From assembly GCA_036172245.1 (NCBI GenBank), contig JAYWIR010000028.1:2170001-2234000 (forward strand): a DNA stretch of 64,000 nucleotides, in the 5' to 3' direction. The notes beneath the pieces were generated by a model. That model was not told where the DNA came from. It saw only the letters and a list, made by a program, of their open reading frames with translations, and searched no databases. The DNA comes from Raillietiella orientalis (Eukaryota). The translations under genes were made by a program, and so were the position numbers. Shown one piece after another: positions 24,611-36,900 of the stretch. How positions within the stretch are numbered: the stretch's first letter is position 1; each line of letters opens with the position of its first letter.

Positions 24611-27600
24611 ACAGGCGTCTTCCACAGGGCCAACCACAGGGCTGTTGATGACTTTGAGTAGAGTGTAACGTACGAGACTTCCTCGCATCTTTGGGTGCGT
24701 TTATCTCCGAAGATGCTTGGCGTCTCGGTTTCGGGAAAGCGGCCGAGCATGTTCTCATCGTTGCTTGTTTTCCAAGAAGATTTAGGCATGGGAAGATGGT
24801 TTGGGGATGGTGGTTAGGTGACAGTAAGAAACCAGCTGCAATTTGGTGACGCGGGAAAGGGTAGCTGGCGTGCCATTTGTGGCGACGCGGGGGCGCAGTG
24901 GGACGGCCTCCAAGACCGTCTCTTCTGCCTTGGGGAATCGCTGGACGAAATCGTAGCTCCTCGAAAGTCAAGCAGTCAAGCAAGGATGGAGCCGTGTTGC
25001 AGCCATTGTGTGCTTGTGGATGGATACGGGAGTGCGCCACGAAACGTCTTTCCCTCTATGCAGCTGTGCTGGATGCAAGGAGATCAGGGAGTCTTTCTTC
25101 AAAGAATGGTGGAAGTGGTTTCAGAAGAGTTTGCTGGAATCGATGTCCAGGAAGTCGACGTTTTCAAGCTCGTAAGCTGAATCTGTGTCGGCCTGCAGGG
25201 AGACTGCGAAGCGGCCAATGGATGGGCTGGTCCCAGAATCTTCGGCGTGCTCCTAAGCAGCCCGATGAGATGCACTGCGAAGATGTGAAATCCCAACCCA
25301 CTGAACCTCTGGGCCCAGAGAATCCTTCCCTGGTTGTCACGAATCCGGCTGAATCCCTTGGATACGCGCCCGAGTGTCTCGGCAAACTTCCAAGTGCCCT
25401 GAGTCTCTGCGTGCTTTGCGGAAGGTGGCGGTGATCTCGCGAACGCGCAGCAGTTGGGATCCTTCCGCGTTTGCGGCTGCCTCCGTCTAAGAACTCGCTT
25501 TCGAATTCCGAGAAGAGCTTTGCGCGACCTCGAGCAAGCGGCTGGACGTGAGGACACTTCTCTGGACTCAACCATCTACTGGATCGAAATCTTTGATGAC
25601 ATCACGGCGCGTGTCACATGGAATGAACTCCTCACGGTCAAGCGCCACAGCAGCACGAGACTGTGCCTAAGAGTCTCAGAGAGCTTCTGAGGCCGATCGC
25701 TTGAATAAAGAAGCTGGACGCTGGCATCGGACGCCTGAAAGCAAAACCCAGGTGTTCGATCGATGCAGTGGTGACGGAAGGGAGGGGGCGGGGAAGGGAG
25801 GGCGCGCTTGCCCTCTCTCCTCCCAGAGTCGCGACCTCGCGTCGTCCCGGACAGGGAGAGGGAGGGCGCCTCTTGCTGACGGACGACTCACAAGCTTTTT
25901 CCTGAAGGCGGACTCGTTCATAAGAGTAGAAGGAGCAAGCAGGCATCCACAGCTCCCCAAAAGAAAGGGAACCGGGTCTTGTCGCTGCTTCCAGAAGGGC
26001 TCAGGCAACTTACGCGGTCAATAGCCAATGGAAGGGTGAGTGCTTTCGGGTGTGACGGTGGCGCCAACAACGGCAGAGGAGACCTCTGGAGACGCGGGGT
26101 AGATCGGAGGGAGAACGGAAAAGGAGCCGTCGACCAGGTGGAGCCTCACCCTCATGTGAGGTCTCCAGACGACGAATTTGCGACGAGACTGGCCAGCGGG
26201 AAAACACTGCCAAAAAAAAAAAAAAATTTGAAACCAGACCAGCTGTGACAGGGAACACATGGAAACCTTCAGAGATGAAGAATGTAGAGCCGAAGATGCA
26301 ATGGGAAAAAATCAGACTAGGGAGAGTTGAAGAAGAAAAGACTGCCAGTTGTTGCGATGGTTAAGGAAGCTGATTCAGGAGGAGCAGTTGCGAGAAGCAA
26401 AGTGATCGATGACGACGACGTGGTGGCGCAGCCGACCCTCCGACCCTCTCCTTCCTGACGATTCCGAGAAGGCGAAGAGCCCCTTCCCTCGGAGCGGAGC
26501 ACGTTGGAAGGTCCCGGCGCGGTTTTCGGCTAGGCGTTCGCTCGCCGCCGGGGGCTCTCTGCCCGCGTCCCGGTCGCTCCGGCAGCCGGAGGAATCCGCC
26601 TCGGTTTCGGGCCGCGCGGCGGAGGACCATTAGCGGAGCGCTCTCGCTCGCAATTTCCCGCGAAATTGCGGATGGCGCGGGCGATGAGGCCTCTCGCAGC
26701 TCGTCGGATGATTTCCCTTTCGCGGCCGATCGCGAGGGTCGCTTCGATCTCCCGGGGGCTCCCAAGATACCGGCGGCAATCATCTCAGAGATCGCGCTCC
26801 GCCGCTCCGCGAGAGTTGGCATCCCTTCTTTCGATTAGCAGCTGCCGTTTCTTATTTGCGCAAATTGTGGCCGGAGAAGAGCTTTCCGGTGCGGGACTGA
26901 ATCCGACGTCCCGTTAATTCGCCCCTGGGAACACTTCCAGGACCAGCGAGAAGTACCAGTTCATTAGTAAATGAAATTCCTTATTTATCCCTTCCCCTGG
27001 TGGCAGCGGTCCGCCGTTGATCGCTGGAACGAATGCGGAACGGAGCCGCTTCCCCTGCTCCTTGGGTAGGAGGGGCGCGCGAGCGAGTGCGCGCAGCTTC
27101 TGGATGGGACATGGGAAACCTGGGATGTGGGGACGTGGTTCCTCGAGGAGTGGACTACTCTGCGAGGAAATTCATATCTTCGTTCCGTTCTCTTCTCATT
27201 TCCTTCCCAATTTGGGAGCGCCTGGAACCGGAGGACTTCGAGAGGAGCTGTTCCGTAGGGTCTTCGTCCATGCCGCCTCTTCGGAGCGGGCACCCGGCAG
27301 CTGTAGAGGGTGCCCGTCCAACTCCAGAAGGGAACAGCCTCGAGACGCGATCCCGCGAGACTTTTCGTTACCCAGAAGTTCGCTGCAGGGAGCGACGCCT
27401 CACGGAACTGACAGGACCCGTTCCTGCGCGCGCGTGCGCGCGTTTCCCTCCGAGAGTGGAATCCAAAGGCTGCATCTCCCAGTCGCAAGGAGCGATTGAG
27501 AACAAGGAGAGGGAAAGGAGCTTGTGGGATTACCCGTCCCTTCCCCTCCAAGGATTCCAAGCCACAACTCCTGGCCCTCGGATGTGCAGGTCGCCGCCCT

Positions 27601-27637
27601 CAGAGTGCATCCTTGAGAATACGGGCACCAGAGCTCT

Positions 27638-28350
27638 GACCCGTGTTGGCGGCCTTATGGTCTCAGCGTGTGGTGTACCAACCGTCGCGGGTTCGAATCC
27701 GGAAGAGGCAGGAAAGGATCCACGCCGAGAAACGGGGAAAGCAGCATGGAAAGCAGCATCCGAGTCTCCCCTGCAAGATGAAGCTGGCTGGACCAAGGGC
27801 CTTGGATGTGGCGCTGGTGAAAGTCGGACGCCCCGTTGGCTGCCTTCCGGAATTAAAAGTTGACCCTCTGCAGTCCTTTCAGGAATCGAAGTGCCGGTAC
27901 CCTTTGGGGTTCCCTCCGTTTGTAAAAATGGGACCACCCTTTATCGCGTACCATGGAGCTGGCTGATACCCGCCTCGGGGGGCTGCCTCCCCGGGGTGTT
28001 AAGAAGCACCCTTCAGGGGAATTTGGAAGCGTCCCTTCGGGGTTCTCTTCTTCATAGGAGGAAAGAAGGAGCGGTTCCTTTCTGCGAGGTCCCTCAGGAG
28101 AAGAAATTCTAGGAGAGGATCCTTTCCGGGTCCTCTTTGAAAAAGGAAATGAAGAATAACCTCCACAAACCGCGAGGCTCCCCCTGGAGAGAATAAGCAA
28201 AATGCTCTCTTAAGGTTTCCCTACCAAGAAGTAAGAGGAACGGACTCCTTCTTCCGAAGCCTTCCTGAATTCATAGGTGGTCCCTCCGGGTATCTTCCCT
28301 ATGTTGGAGAGCTCCACGCACTCTCAAGTGGAGTGGACCCTGCGAAAGAG
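27638..28350 (+). mobile_element. tRNA-headed SINE-like repeat, copy B (about 700 bp, near full length)
   Basis: A-box-like TGGCGGCCTTATGG and B-box GGTTCGAATCC at 27690-27700. Colinear similarity to copies A, C and D. Confidence 0.78.
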
Positions 28351-28499
28351 CTTATTGAGCCTCCCCTATCCCCTTCCCTACGGAGGCGAACGGTTCTTTG
28401 GTCACTTGGGCAGCCAAAGGATAGAAAACAAGAAAATAAAAAAACTGTAAGGAAAGCAGGAAAACAGAAGGACCCAAGAGAATTTCGAAGAGTGGGATG

Positions 28500-28940
28500 G
28501 ACACCTGAAAAACAGCTGGATGCCCTCTTGCTTTCTGGCAGTCTCAGGAAACAACCGCGCCAACCGGCCCTAGGAGAAAACGTCACCAGACCACACCTAG
28601 TCTTCCAGAGCAGCGGTGAGGTGGTCACCTCTTGCCCTCACGCGTGTCTCATCGGAATTAGGAGAGCCGTTTTCAAGGGCCAGCCCTCCGCGCCACATCC
28701 AGGACAGCAGCCCAGTATCGTGAGTGCAATCCTGGTAGAGTCTCCGGAGCCTTTGGTATGCGGGAAACGGTGAAGCGTCAAGGAAATGGGAGATTTCTGA
28801 TAAGCAGGCAGGGTGCACACGGAGAAGTGCTCGAAGCTTGACTGCACACTGGGAGCGACCTGAAGACCTGCCGGCCTGCCATGCGAGCGAGCCGAAGGGA
28901 ACGGTGGTGCCGAGGAGATGGCGATTCACCCCACCCCCTT
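28500..28940 (+). pseudogene. H3-H2A-like remnant
   Basis: HLVFQSSG ... HACLIGI at 28594 (H3 DLRFQSSA ... EAYLVGL); AGRVH at 28804-28818 and GTVVPR (H2A VGRVH, TRIIPR). Confidence 0.55.
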
Positions 28941-30879
28941 TCACGTGTTCCCACGCACTTCCACAACAGGGATGCAACGGGCGAAGTGCAATTCGGGGGG
29001 ATGGAGGGGTGTATCCACTAGGACTTGCCGCTAGGGCACGCTCAAGAAGACGGAATGTGCCCCTCACCCGTTCCTGTTTTTCGGCGCGCTCTTGCTTTTT
29101 CCGAGGGAAGCTGGATAGGCGGTTTGGGATCCTGGGTGCCTGCCTGCGCTAGTGTTTCGGTTTTCACCCACCCAGCCCATCTCATCAGTCAGGAGGATAG
29201 CGAGCGATCCTCGAAGATGACCAGGGGGTTACCCCCACCCTCTTCTGAGCCTACTCTCCGGCCCTTCTCGGCTAAGGCGTTCCAGGAGCGGGCGCGCGCG
29301 TCCCAAGAGCTTTCCTTCCCGCCGCCGCTCATTGGCCAGCGCGCTTCAGCCGCTGCAGGACTGCTTCTTCCGCAGTTCGAGGAACGCCTGGCGATTCGTG
29401 CCCTCCCTCGGTCGTCGAGGGCCCGCTCCATAGACGTCCCCTGTATTTCCAGTAATGAATCCCTACCCCTGGATTCATTTTTCACTATGAAACACGCGCT
29501 CCATTGCTCCCCCTTCGGTGGGCTTTGCAGGGACACCCCTGCTCATCCGCCGCTTTATGGTGCCCTCTTTTGATGGAGGCGGCAACGCTGAGAGAGCAAA
29601 CGACCATGCCTGCTTGTCCTTGCAATTCCCGAGTTGAGGGGAAAAAGAAAAAAAACTAAAAGGAGGAGGAGGAAGAGAGGAAGAAAAATGCGACGAATGC
29701 ATGCTGCAAGTATCTGAGGATCGAGAGGACTCTGCATGGCAGAGCAAGGCGGTGAAAACGGATCGCGTCTTCTGCTGGCCGCTTTGCGTGCGACCGCGAG
29801 AGATCGCGTGGCCAATTCGCAGAGACAGTGTCTCTTCCCGCCCCATTTTTCTCCCCTTCCCTCCTTCCCTCCCTTTCCCAAATCGTACAGCAGACCATGG
29901 AGGACGGCATGCGCACGTTTCGCCTCTTCCCGACGCACCACGTCGGAAGGAAGGCGTTCTGGCGCGCGTGCACGGGGCGGAGGCGCCGCGCGGCTGCTGC
30001 CTCTCGTGGCGCTCAAGCGAACGGCAAGCGGAGCGCGCCCTCATCCCTCCTGGAAAACTCGCGAAGACATAATGACGGCATTACGAGAGGCATGTTGTTT
30101 CCGAAGGAGAGTTTCGCAAGTCAAAGATGCGGCGCGTCCCCCCTCCTCCCCTCCTTCCTCCTGCTCTCTCTCCCTGCACGATTTGCACTCAGCTATCGCC
30201 CGGTTCGACCTTTGGCCGCGGGGCCTGCTTTGCATTTTCCCCCGGGTCAGCACAGTAATCGCTGTGTCTTTGCCTTGCAGTCCGACGATTTGCCTGTCTG
30301 GAATCGGTCCCGAAAGCGGTCATTTGGCGGATCGGGAGAAGGCGAAATTTAATTAGGGATCTCGAAGATGCCAGAAGGAGGAGTGCCAGAAATGCAATGG
30401 AGGAGGAGGGGAGGAAGGAAGGGTGGAAACGAAGGTGGAGGGAGACTGACCAGGACGGCTTGAGGGGAACACGCGCAAATCTCCTTTCTCACAGAAGCGG
30501 TCCTCGCGGAAGAAGCCCGGAAGACGGGTAGGAGATGCCTAGGGGCATGCAGCAGGATGGGGAGCTGAGAACTGGAACTTGGAAACGCGCAGCTTCCGGC
30601 AAGCAGTCAAGGAAGGATCCGGACAATCCCATGATCAGCTCCCAGCTTCCGAACGAAGGCAGCGCATTTCCGGCTTCCCTGAGGTTTCCAGCATCCTTTA
30701 GGCCGCCCTCAGGTAGGATGCCACGCGACCTTTTCAGGAGCTATCTCAGGAGCTCGTTGGGCTCCCCCATCCTGTGACGGAGAGCGGCGCGGCAGCCTCA
30801 GACGTCCCGAGACCATGCTTGGGTCGTTGTGGCGTGTCTCACTCGGAATGGCCCGGGTATCCTCGTAGTCGTCCCACGA

Positions 30880-30970
30880 GCGCACCCTTTCCTCACCGGC
30901 ACTGCCATCCTGCGGACAGTGCACCAGGATTGCACCCGAGAAGAGGACGGTCTCTACGTCACGAAGGACC
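30880..30970 (+). pseudogene. H2B-like fragment
   Basis: ILRTVHQD at 30907-30930 (cf. VLKQVHPD). Confidence 0.35.
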
Positions 30971-31544
30971 ACCCGCCGCGGAGCAGGGAGGACACCCCCT
31001 CTGCACGCAGGGAGATGAGGTCGCGGACGGGAGCGCGTCGCAGATCGCTGTAGGGAATGCTCGCTTTCCCGGGATTCGCCAGCTTCCTCCTCGCCGAGGG
31101 TTTCCTGCCGCGCACGCGCGCGAGCAAAGGTGGATCCCCAAGTGGGAAGGCGTGGCCATCCACCGTCTTCGCCGCACTCCCACGGAATGTCCCAGACCGG
31201 GATACGAGGAGCAGGGCGTCGTCGATCGTCGGACTGAGCTTCCATTCCCTCGCCCTCCCGTCCCACCGCGCTCATCGCCGCGAGTTCCACCCACCCATCC
31301 CGCCCACACTCGTCCGTTCGTTTTGCCTGCTGGCTCTTCCACCTTTTCCCAAACGCCACTCGGGTTCGGATCGCCGCGTGTTCGGTCCTCATCGCACACG
31401 CCTCGCGGCGCCGGTTCTCGCGGTTCCCGCCAGGGCGAGGGTGCAGAGACGGGAGGCAGCGGGCTGGGCGTCGAGGGGGAACACCAGATTCGTGGCCGAA
31501 TCCCGGAAACTCCGCCCCGAACTCGGGGAAGCGGGAAGGAACAG

Positions 31545-31760
31545 CGAAAAGTGCCTTCTGTCCCTGTATCCTGGATGGGGAGTCGTTCACTTCGATACCA
31601 CCATGTCGGTCATGAACGAACGACTGCGTGGAGGAGGAAGAACGGACCCCTGACTGAGTGACTGCGAAGGCGTAGTCATGGTGGAAAGAGTGGAACTGAT
31701 GACAGCACCCACTCCTCATTCCTTCCTCCAAGACCCTGGAGAGCTTCGTTCCTTTTCGAT
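31545..31760 (+). pseudogene. H2B-like remnant
   Basis: KCLLSLYPGWGV....TMSVMN (cf. KVLKQVHPDTGI..AMSIMN); PGEL at 31735-31746. Confidence 0.55.
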
Positions 31761-31949
31761 GATGACCCGGTACTTCGCGATGGGGAAGCTTCACTCTGGA
31801 GCACACGCGAGTTTTCCTCCTTGGAACGCCGAGTACTTAAAAACCATTGCTCCATCCCCTGAGGGCACCGAAGCTGCTCTACAGCTGCTCCGCTCTCGGG
31901 CAGCTCTCACAAGGTTCCTCTAGCGCCGCGCACCCGAGGTCCTGGAGTA

Positions 31950-32150
31950 AGGCGAATTCCCGACTGCTGGTCATTCCAGCACACGGACTCGAACTCGAGG
32001 GCGTCCTGCGGATGCATGTCCTACGCCTGAGGCCATCCCTGTGTTATCATGCAAAACCCAGCGACGCATCCAACTCGGTGTTCGTCCACTTTTGAGAGTT
32101 TCGAACCCGCGACGCTCGGTGGCCGGGAGCAGACACTGCGGCCACACGGA
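31950..32150 (-). mobile_element. SINE-like repeat, degenerate head fragment
   Basis: Reverse complement reads GGCCACCGAGCGTCGCGGGTTCGAAACTC, resembling the family head. Confidence 0.45.
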
Positions 32151-33736
32151 CATCCAGAAGAGAATTTTCTGCCCCGTGGGTGTGGGTGCACCGCTGTCTA
32201 AGGGTAAACATCAGTCCCCCCCCCCCACCTTGAGCACTTGGGACTCCGCGCACCCAGCAGAAGAAGGCCAACCGCCACTCGCGCTGCGCGACCTCAACGC
32301 GAAATCCCTGTCGGGTCGAGACAGACCCGTGCAAAGCCTGGAAGTCGACGTGAAGGTCGCCTGATTGATAAGATCGCCCGAAGGAGTCGGTCTTTCCTCC
32401 CTCAGGCGGCGTGGAGAGCTATTGAGGTGCTCCAGGTTCCCTAAGCTGACTGCTTGGCAACAGCTCTCGCCAATTGGTCCTGAAAGGCTCTTCTCCCCCA
32501 CATCTCCACCCACTTTGGCCTCGCGCAAACGAGCCACCTTAATCGGGGGGATGTCGAAAACTCTCTCATTCCCGGAAGCGCCAGGCGCCTGAGGAAGTCC
32601 CTCCAGATAGCAGATGCACCCGTGTCCCAGTAATGGCTTCGGGTGGAAAGCAGCACGTCTCATCAGCAGGTGCCATGGAAACGACATGTTCATTTCTCGA
32701 ATCACACCATGCGGGATTCGCAAAAACCCATTGCTCCGCAGGGGCTTTGTCCCCCCCTCCCTCCCCTCCCTCCTGGAGGCCGACTTCACCTAATGAGGCT
32801 GCTCCGTGCGAAGCCACAGAGCGCTCATCCTGGACATTCCACCCGGGAGTTCCCGAAACTTGCTCCAGCTTTCTGAGGAGACCTTCATTCGGATCGGACT
32901 GTCTCGAACACCTTCCAGTAGGTTGCTGGATCGCTGCCTTCAGAAATCCATACGGTTTCGACCGGAAGGAAGCGGATGGGCCCCGGGTGGTCGTCGCGAT
33001 CCCTCAGGAAGGTCAGTGTGAAAAGCAGCCCCTGCCACTTGCGTCGTGCAGACACTTCTGGGTCCCCTCGAGGGTTACTTTGTGGCAGCTGGGGAGCGGG
33101 GATGCAGCGCGCTTTGACCTTGCGGGGAGCGCAGGGGTCGAGTGTTCCAAACACGAACGAACACGAAGAGTGTCCTTCCTTTTCACTTCCTTCTTTTAGC
33201 AGAGGAGGAAAGAGAAGTGGAGATCCCATGAATTGGAGGGGTGGGTGGGCTGGGCGGAAGAACGAAAGCGCCTGCTCAAACGCCGCAGGTCGGATGAAGA
33301 AAAGACCGAAAGCTTTCGCCTCCGGCTTCGCAGCTCTCTCTCCGGAGTTTCTGTGATCTCGGAGCTTCACAACTCCCTGTGGGCATTGCCGTGAACACCT
33401 GCACGTCCTCTGTAGCCTCCACGCACTCGCTTACAATTGCTGGCATTCTGATAATCAGAAGGCCAAGAAGCACTTGGGAACCAAAAGACGGAGATATCAA
33501 GCAAAGACCTCTTGGGCAGAATTGCTTGTGATGGATGTTAAAGAGGATTAGGCGTACAGAATGAAAGCTGAAGATTCCTACTGTTGGAGTCGTACATCCT
33601 CTCCGAAAGCACAAGCTAGAGTCAGCATCCCTTGCAGACATTGTTTCTTGGGCTTGGACTAGCGGTTTCGATTGAAGAAGCGAAGGAACGTGCCCTCTGC
33701 TGCCGTTGCTTTCGTCTTCGAGTTGATACCGATATG

Positions 33737-34431
33737 AGCAACTTGGTCCAGATTTCATCACTAGGAGGTTCTCTTATGTACTTTGCCAGCATTGTCCTCG
33801 TGGCAAGAAGAAACCGAAATGCACGGTCCCCTGAAAACAGCCAACATCCTCGAAGCTTCTAGCAATTGGTGACAACAAAGCGTAGGTAAACTGCCTTTTA
33901 CGATTAGTTCAGGGTCGCAAAAGACTCCTCAGCAGAGTTGATGGAAGCTGGATCAGGTGTGTTCTTTTTCTTTCCGTCGAGCTTCCTGGCTTCACAAGAC
34001 ACTTGTGGATGGTCCCATCATTTCGACTTTAGGTGGAGGCTGCCATCACCTTGGGTTGCATATGTGAAAATGCGCGTTGGGCACTGCTTGTCAGGAAGAA
34101 ACATAAGCATGGGAACATCGGAATGATAAACATTCATCGGAATGGTTCCCTGGAGCAAGCTCTACTTCAGGACCTTCGAGCTGATGAAAAAAGAGCAGCG
34201 CCGTTAGAAAACTTCCGTTAACTCTGTTGAGGATTCTTTTGTGGCAGCGACTTGAACAAATCGGAAAGGCAGTCTACCTACGATTTGTTGTCACCAATTG
34301 CTAGACGCTTCGAGGATGTCGGCTATTTTCAGGAAATTGCTGCATTTCTGTTTCTTCTTGGCACGAGGACAATGCTGGCAAAGCACTGGCATAAGAGAAC
34401 TTCCCAGTGGTGAAGCACCGACCAAGTTGCT
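33737..34431. repeat. imperfect inverted repeat with arms 33737-33947 and 34212-34431, both H2A-like
   Basis: Shared blocks AGCAACTTGGTC, CTTTGCCAGCATTGTCCTCGTG, ACATCCTCGAAGC and TCTAGCAATTGGTGACAACAAA in opposite orientations. The arms translate to LMYFASIV / IADILEASSN (H2A VYLAAVL / TAEILELAGN). Confidence 0.85.
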
Positions 34432-34824
34432 AAGCACAGGAAACCCCAGTTGGCCTCCAGGCCTCCATTCCTTCGCTATTCCAGACGCTGTTTCCATTGT
34501 GCATTCCGCATTCATCTCGAAATCCGCTGGGCTCCATCCTGGGAGGAGTTTTGCACGCTCGCCACAAGATGAATGTGAGATGAGAGGCCAGTTGGGAGGA
34601 ACGCTGGTCCCTCGCAACTGACCTCTCGCTGATGAATGTGGCAAAAAGGGAGGCACCACTTTTGGTTCCATGCTCTCTCCATCAGAGCGAGTCTTTGAAA
34701 TTTGGAAATCCTCGAGCCTAGCCGCCGGGGTGGACTTGGACAGCTGAAGAAGCAGGTTGTCCGCATAGGCGGCCACGGGCAGCAGCTCCATAGGTTGGCT
34801 AGCGTCCGCTTGAGCATCTGATCT

Positions 34825-36900
34825 GGAGCATCTGATCCTGCAGATGTCACTCAGTTTCGCCCCATCGCAATCTCCAATACCATTGCCAAACTATTCTGCA
34901 AAATCCTTGCGCTCGTGGATCCTCAACAACGGAATCCTTGGACACCATCAAAAGGGATTTCTTCCTTATGATGGCGTGCTGGAGCAAAACTTTGTCCTGA
35001 CCACTGCACTCGAGGGCTCCCGAGTGCACCACCGAGGCATCGCCATTGCATGGATAGATGCGTTTACCTCCATCCCCCATCGGCTCATCCCAGACACGTT
35101 GACCGTACTAGAGGCGGGTAGTCAGTTCCACGGAATCATCGAGGAAATGTATGCGGAATCTACGACAACGATGGTGGCTTCGGACGGACTTACGATCCCA
35201 ATACCGATTCCTTCCGGAGTTCGCCAAGGTTGTTCCCTAAGTGGGTTGTTATTTAACATCGCTCTACAACCCTTTATCAAAATCCTGAAACATCAACACC
35301 CCTCTATTATTCCGCTTGCTTATGCAGGTGATGTTGCGCTTATTGCTGGCCCGATAAATGAGCTACAACTGGCCGTCACCACACTGGAAGATTCAACCCG
35401 AGCTGCAAACTTGCAAATAAATCCCAATAAATGCGGCTCCTATTACTGCGTATCTTCCCCCACCACAAGTGCGAACTTCCCCAATATCTGTGAACGGTGC
35501 AATGATTCCGTCCCTTTCCCTACAAGATACTTATAATTACCTGGGGAAACCGATTGGCTTCGATCCACTCATGTACGACGGAAACGTGGATACCTTCATT
35601 GCTCATTTCAAAATCATTGCTGACTCCTCCTTAGCCCATTGCAGAAACTGGACGCCATCAAATGCTTTTTCTTGCCGTCATTAGTACATGACCTTCGTCT
35701 TGGCACCAAGCCATTATCGTCATGGGCCAACATTGATAATACAATAAGGAATACGCTGAAGCAAAGCATTCCCCGCTTACAAAAGGATCATCAAACGAAT
35801 GCCTATACGGAAGTGTTCGTGATGGATGCCTCGGGATGAATCTTCTTGTCGAAGAAGCACGAGCAATGATCGCTGACTCTGCGTTCAAGCTACTAACGTG
35901 TCCTCATTCCCATGTGACTGATCTCTCCTCCTCCTCCCTTTTCGACGCCCTACGTAGGAAGGCTCACGTGCCACCAAACTTGGTTCTGTTTACTCGGTTC
36001 CTCAATGGATGCTGTTCGTCCCCTTTAGACCGCCCAAGTGGTGATCCCCGCACGATGTGGTCCACATTACGGAAAGCTGCGGAGCACCTTCCCATAACGT
36101 GGAATTCTGATACGCTCTCTTTATCCTTCCCCGAACATGGAAACCCCGAAATCCTCTCCTTTCCGCAGCGGCGACAAATGGCACGAACGGTGCGTGCTCA
36201 CTTTCGAGAGCAAAAACGCTTAGCACTTCTAGCCAAGCCAGACCAAGGTGGGATAATAGAATGTGTGGGCCTCCACGAAGCCTCCATGACATTCCTGTCT
36301 GCATGTGATGGATTCCGCTTCGCAGACTGCCTATTTATACACCGTGCCCGTTTGAACCTGTTGTATCTCAACGGAATGCCGAGCAATGCCAAAGATGTGG
36401 TTATGTAAAAGAAACATTGGCGCATGTCCTGCGTCACTGTCCAGTTTATCTTGGGACAATGATCACCGAACGACATAACGTTGCTGTCGACACCTTGTTC
36501 CAGATCTTCTCCCCTCGATGACCCGTTGCCCAAAAGGATCGCCGAGTGGATGTGTTAAACTCCACTCTTCGCCCCGACATACTTTCACAGAATGCGTTCA
36601 CAACAGTTATATTGGCGTTGTCATCTCATCCGAAAATCGCATATCATCGCTGCAGCGTGCAAGAGAAACCAAAATCCTGAAATACGCAGGGATGGTGACC
36701 GCCCTCAGGAATGAAGGCTTGCGCGCCATCAACCAAGCATTCATAATTGGTGCGCTCGGCTCATGGGATCCCGAAAATGATAAGCTCCTAAAATCGCTCG
36801 GAATCCCTCAAAGAACAATTACCGCGATCTCTAGGCATCTGTGTGCAGAAATTATAAAATTTTCCCGGGGCATATACATCAACCATATCTCCACGCCCAA
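34825..36900 (+). mobile_element. 5'-truncated, frameshifted non-LTR retrotransposon with restriction-like endonuclease (NeSL/Utopia-like)
   Basis: RT motifs FRPIAISNTIAKLF, QKGFLPYDGVLEQNF, GVRQGCSLSGLLFNI and LAYAGD (YADD mutated). Also FIHRARLNLL, a CCHC knuckle CQRCGYVKETLAHVLRHC followed by RHN, and the RLE motifs LRPDIL ... ENR ... KILKY ... IIGALGSWDPEND. Several frameshifts. Confidence 0.92.

Noticed and set aside
22430..25700. Isolated LINE RT-like words (DLG/ILVDK, VDFLDIDSSKLF) and weak histone-like words (VPIPF..VAEDLST, IPRVAWQRIV, LQRMVEVVSEEF)
   Set aside because: Too degenerate to assign either way; probably further family remnants, but not supportable by eye.
34750..34791. 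AYADNL on the minus strand as a second RT catalytic motif
   Set aside because: No other RT motifs nearby; the context reads as H3-like followed by H2A-like sequence.
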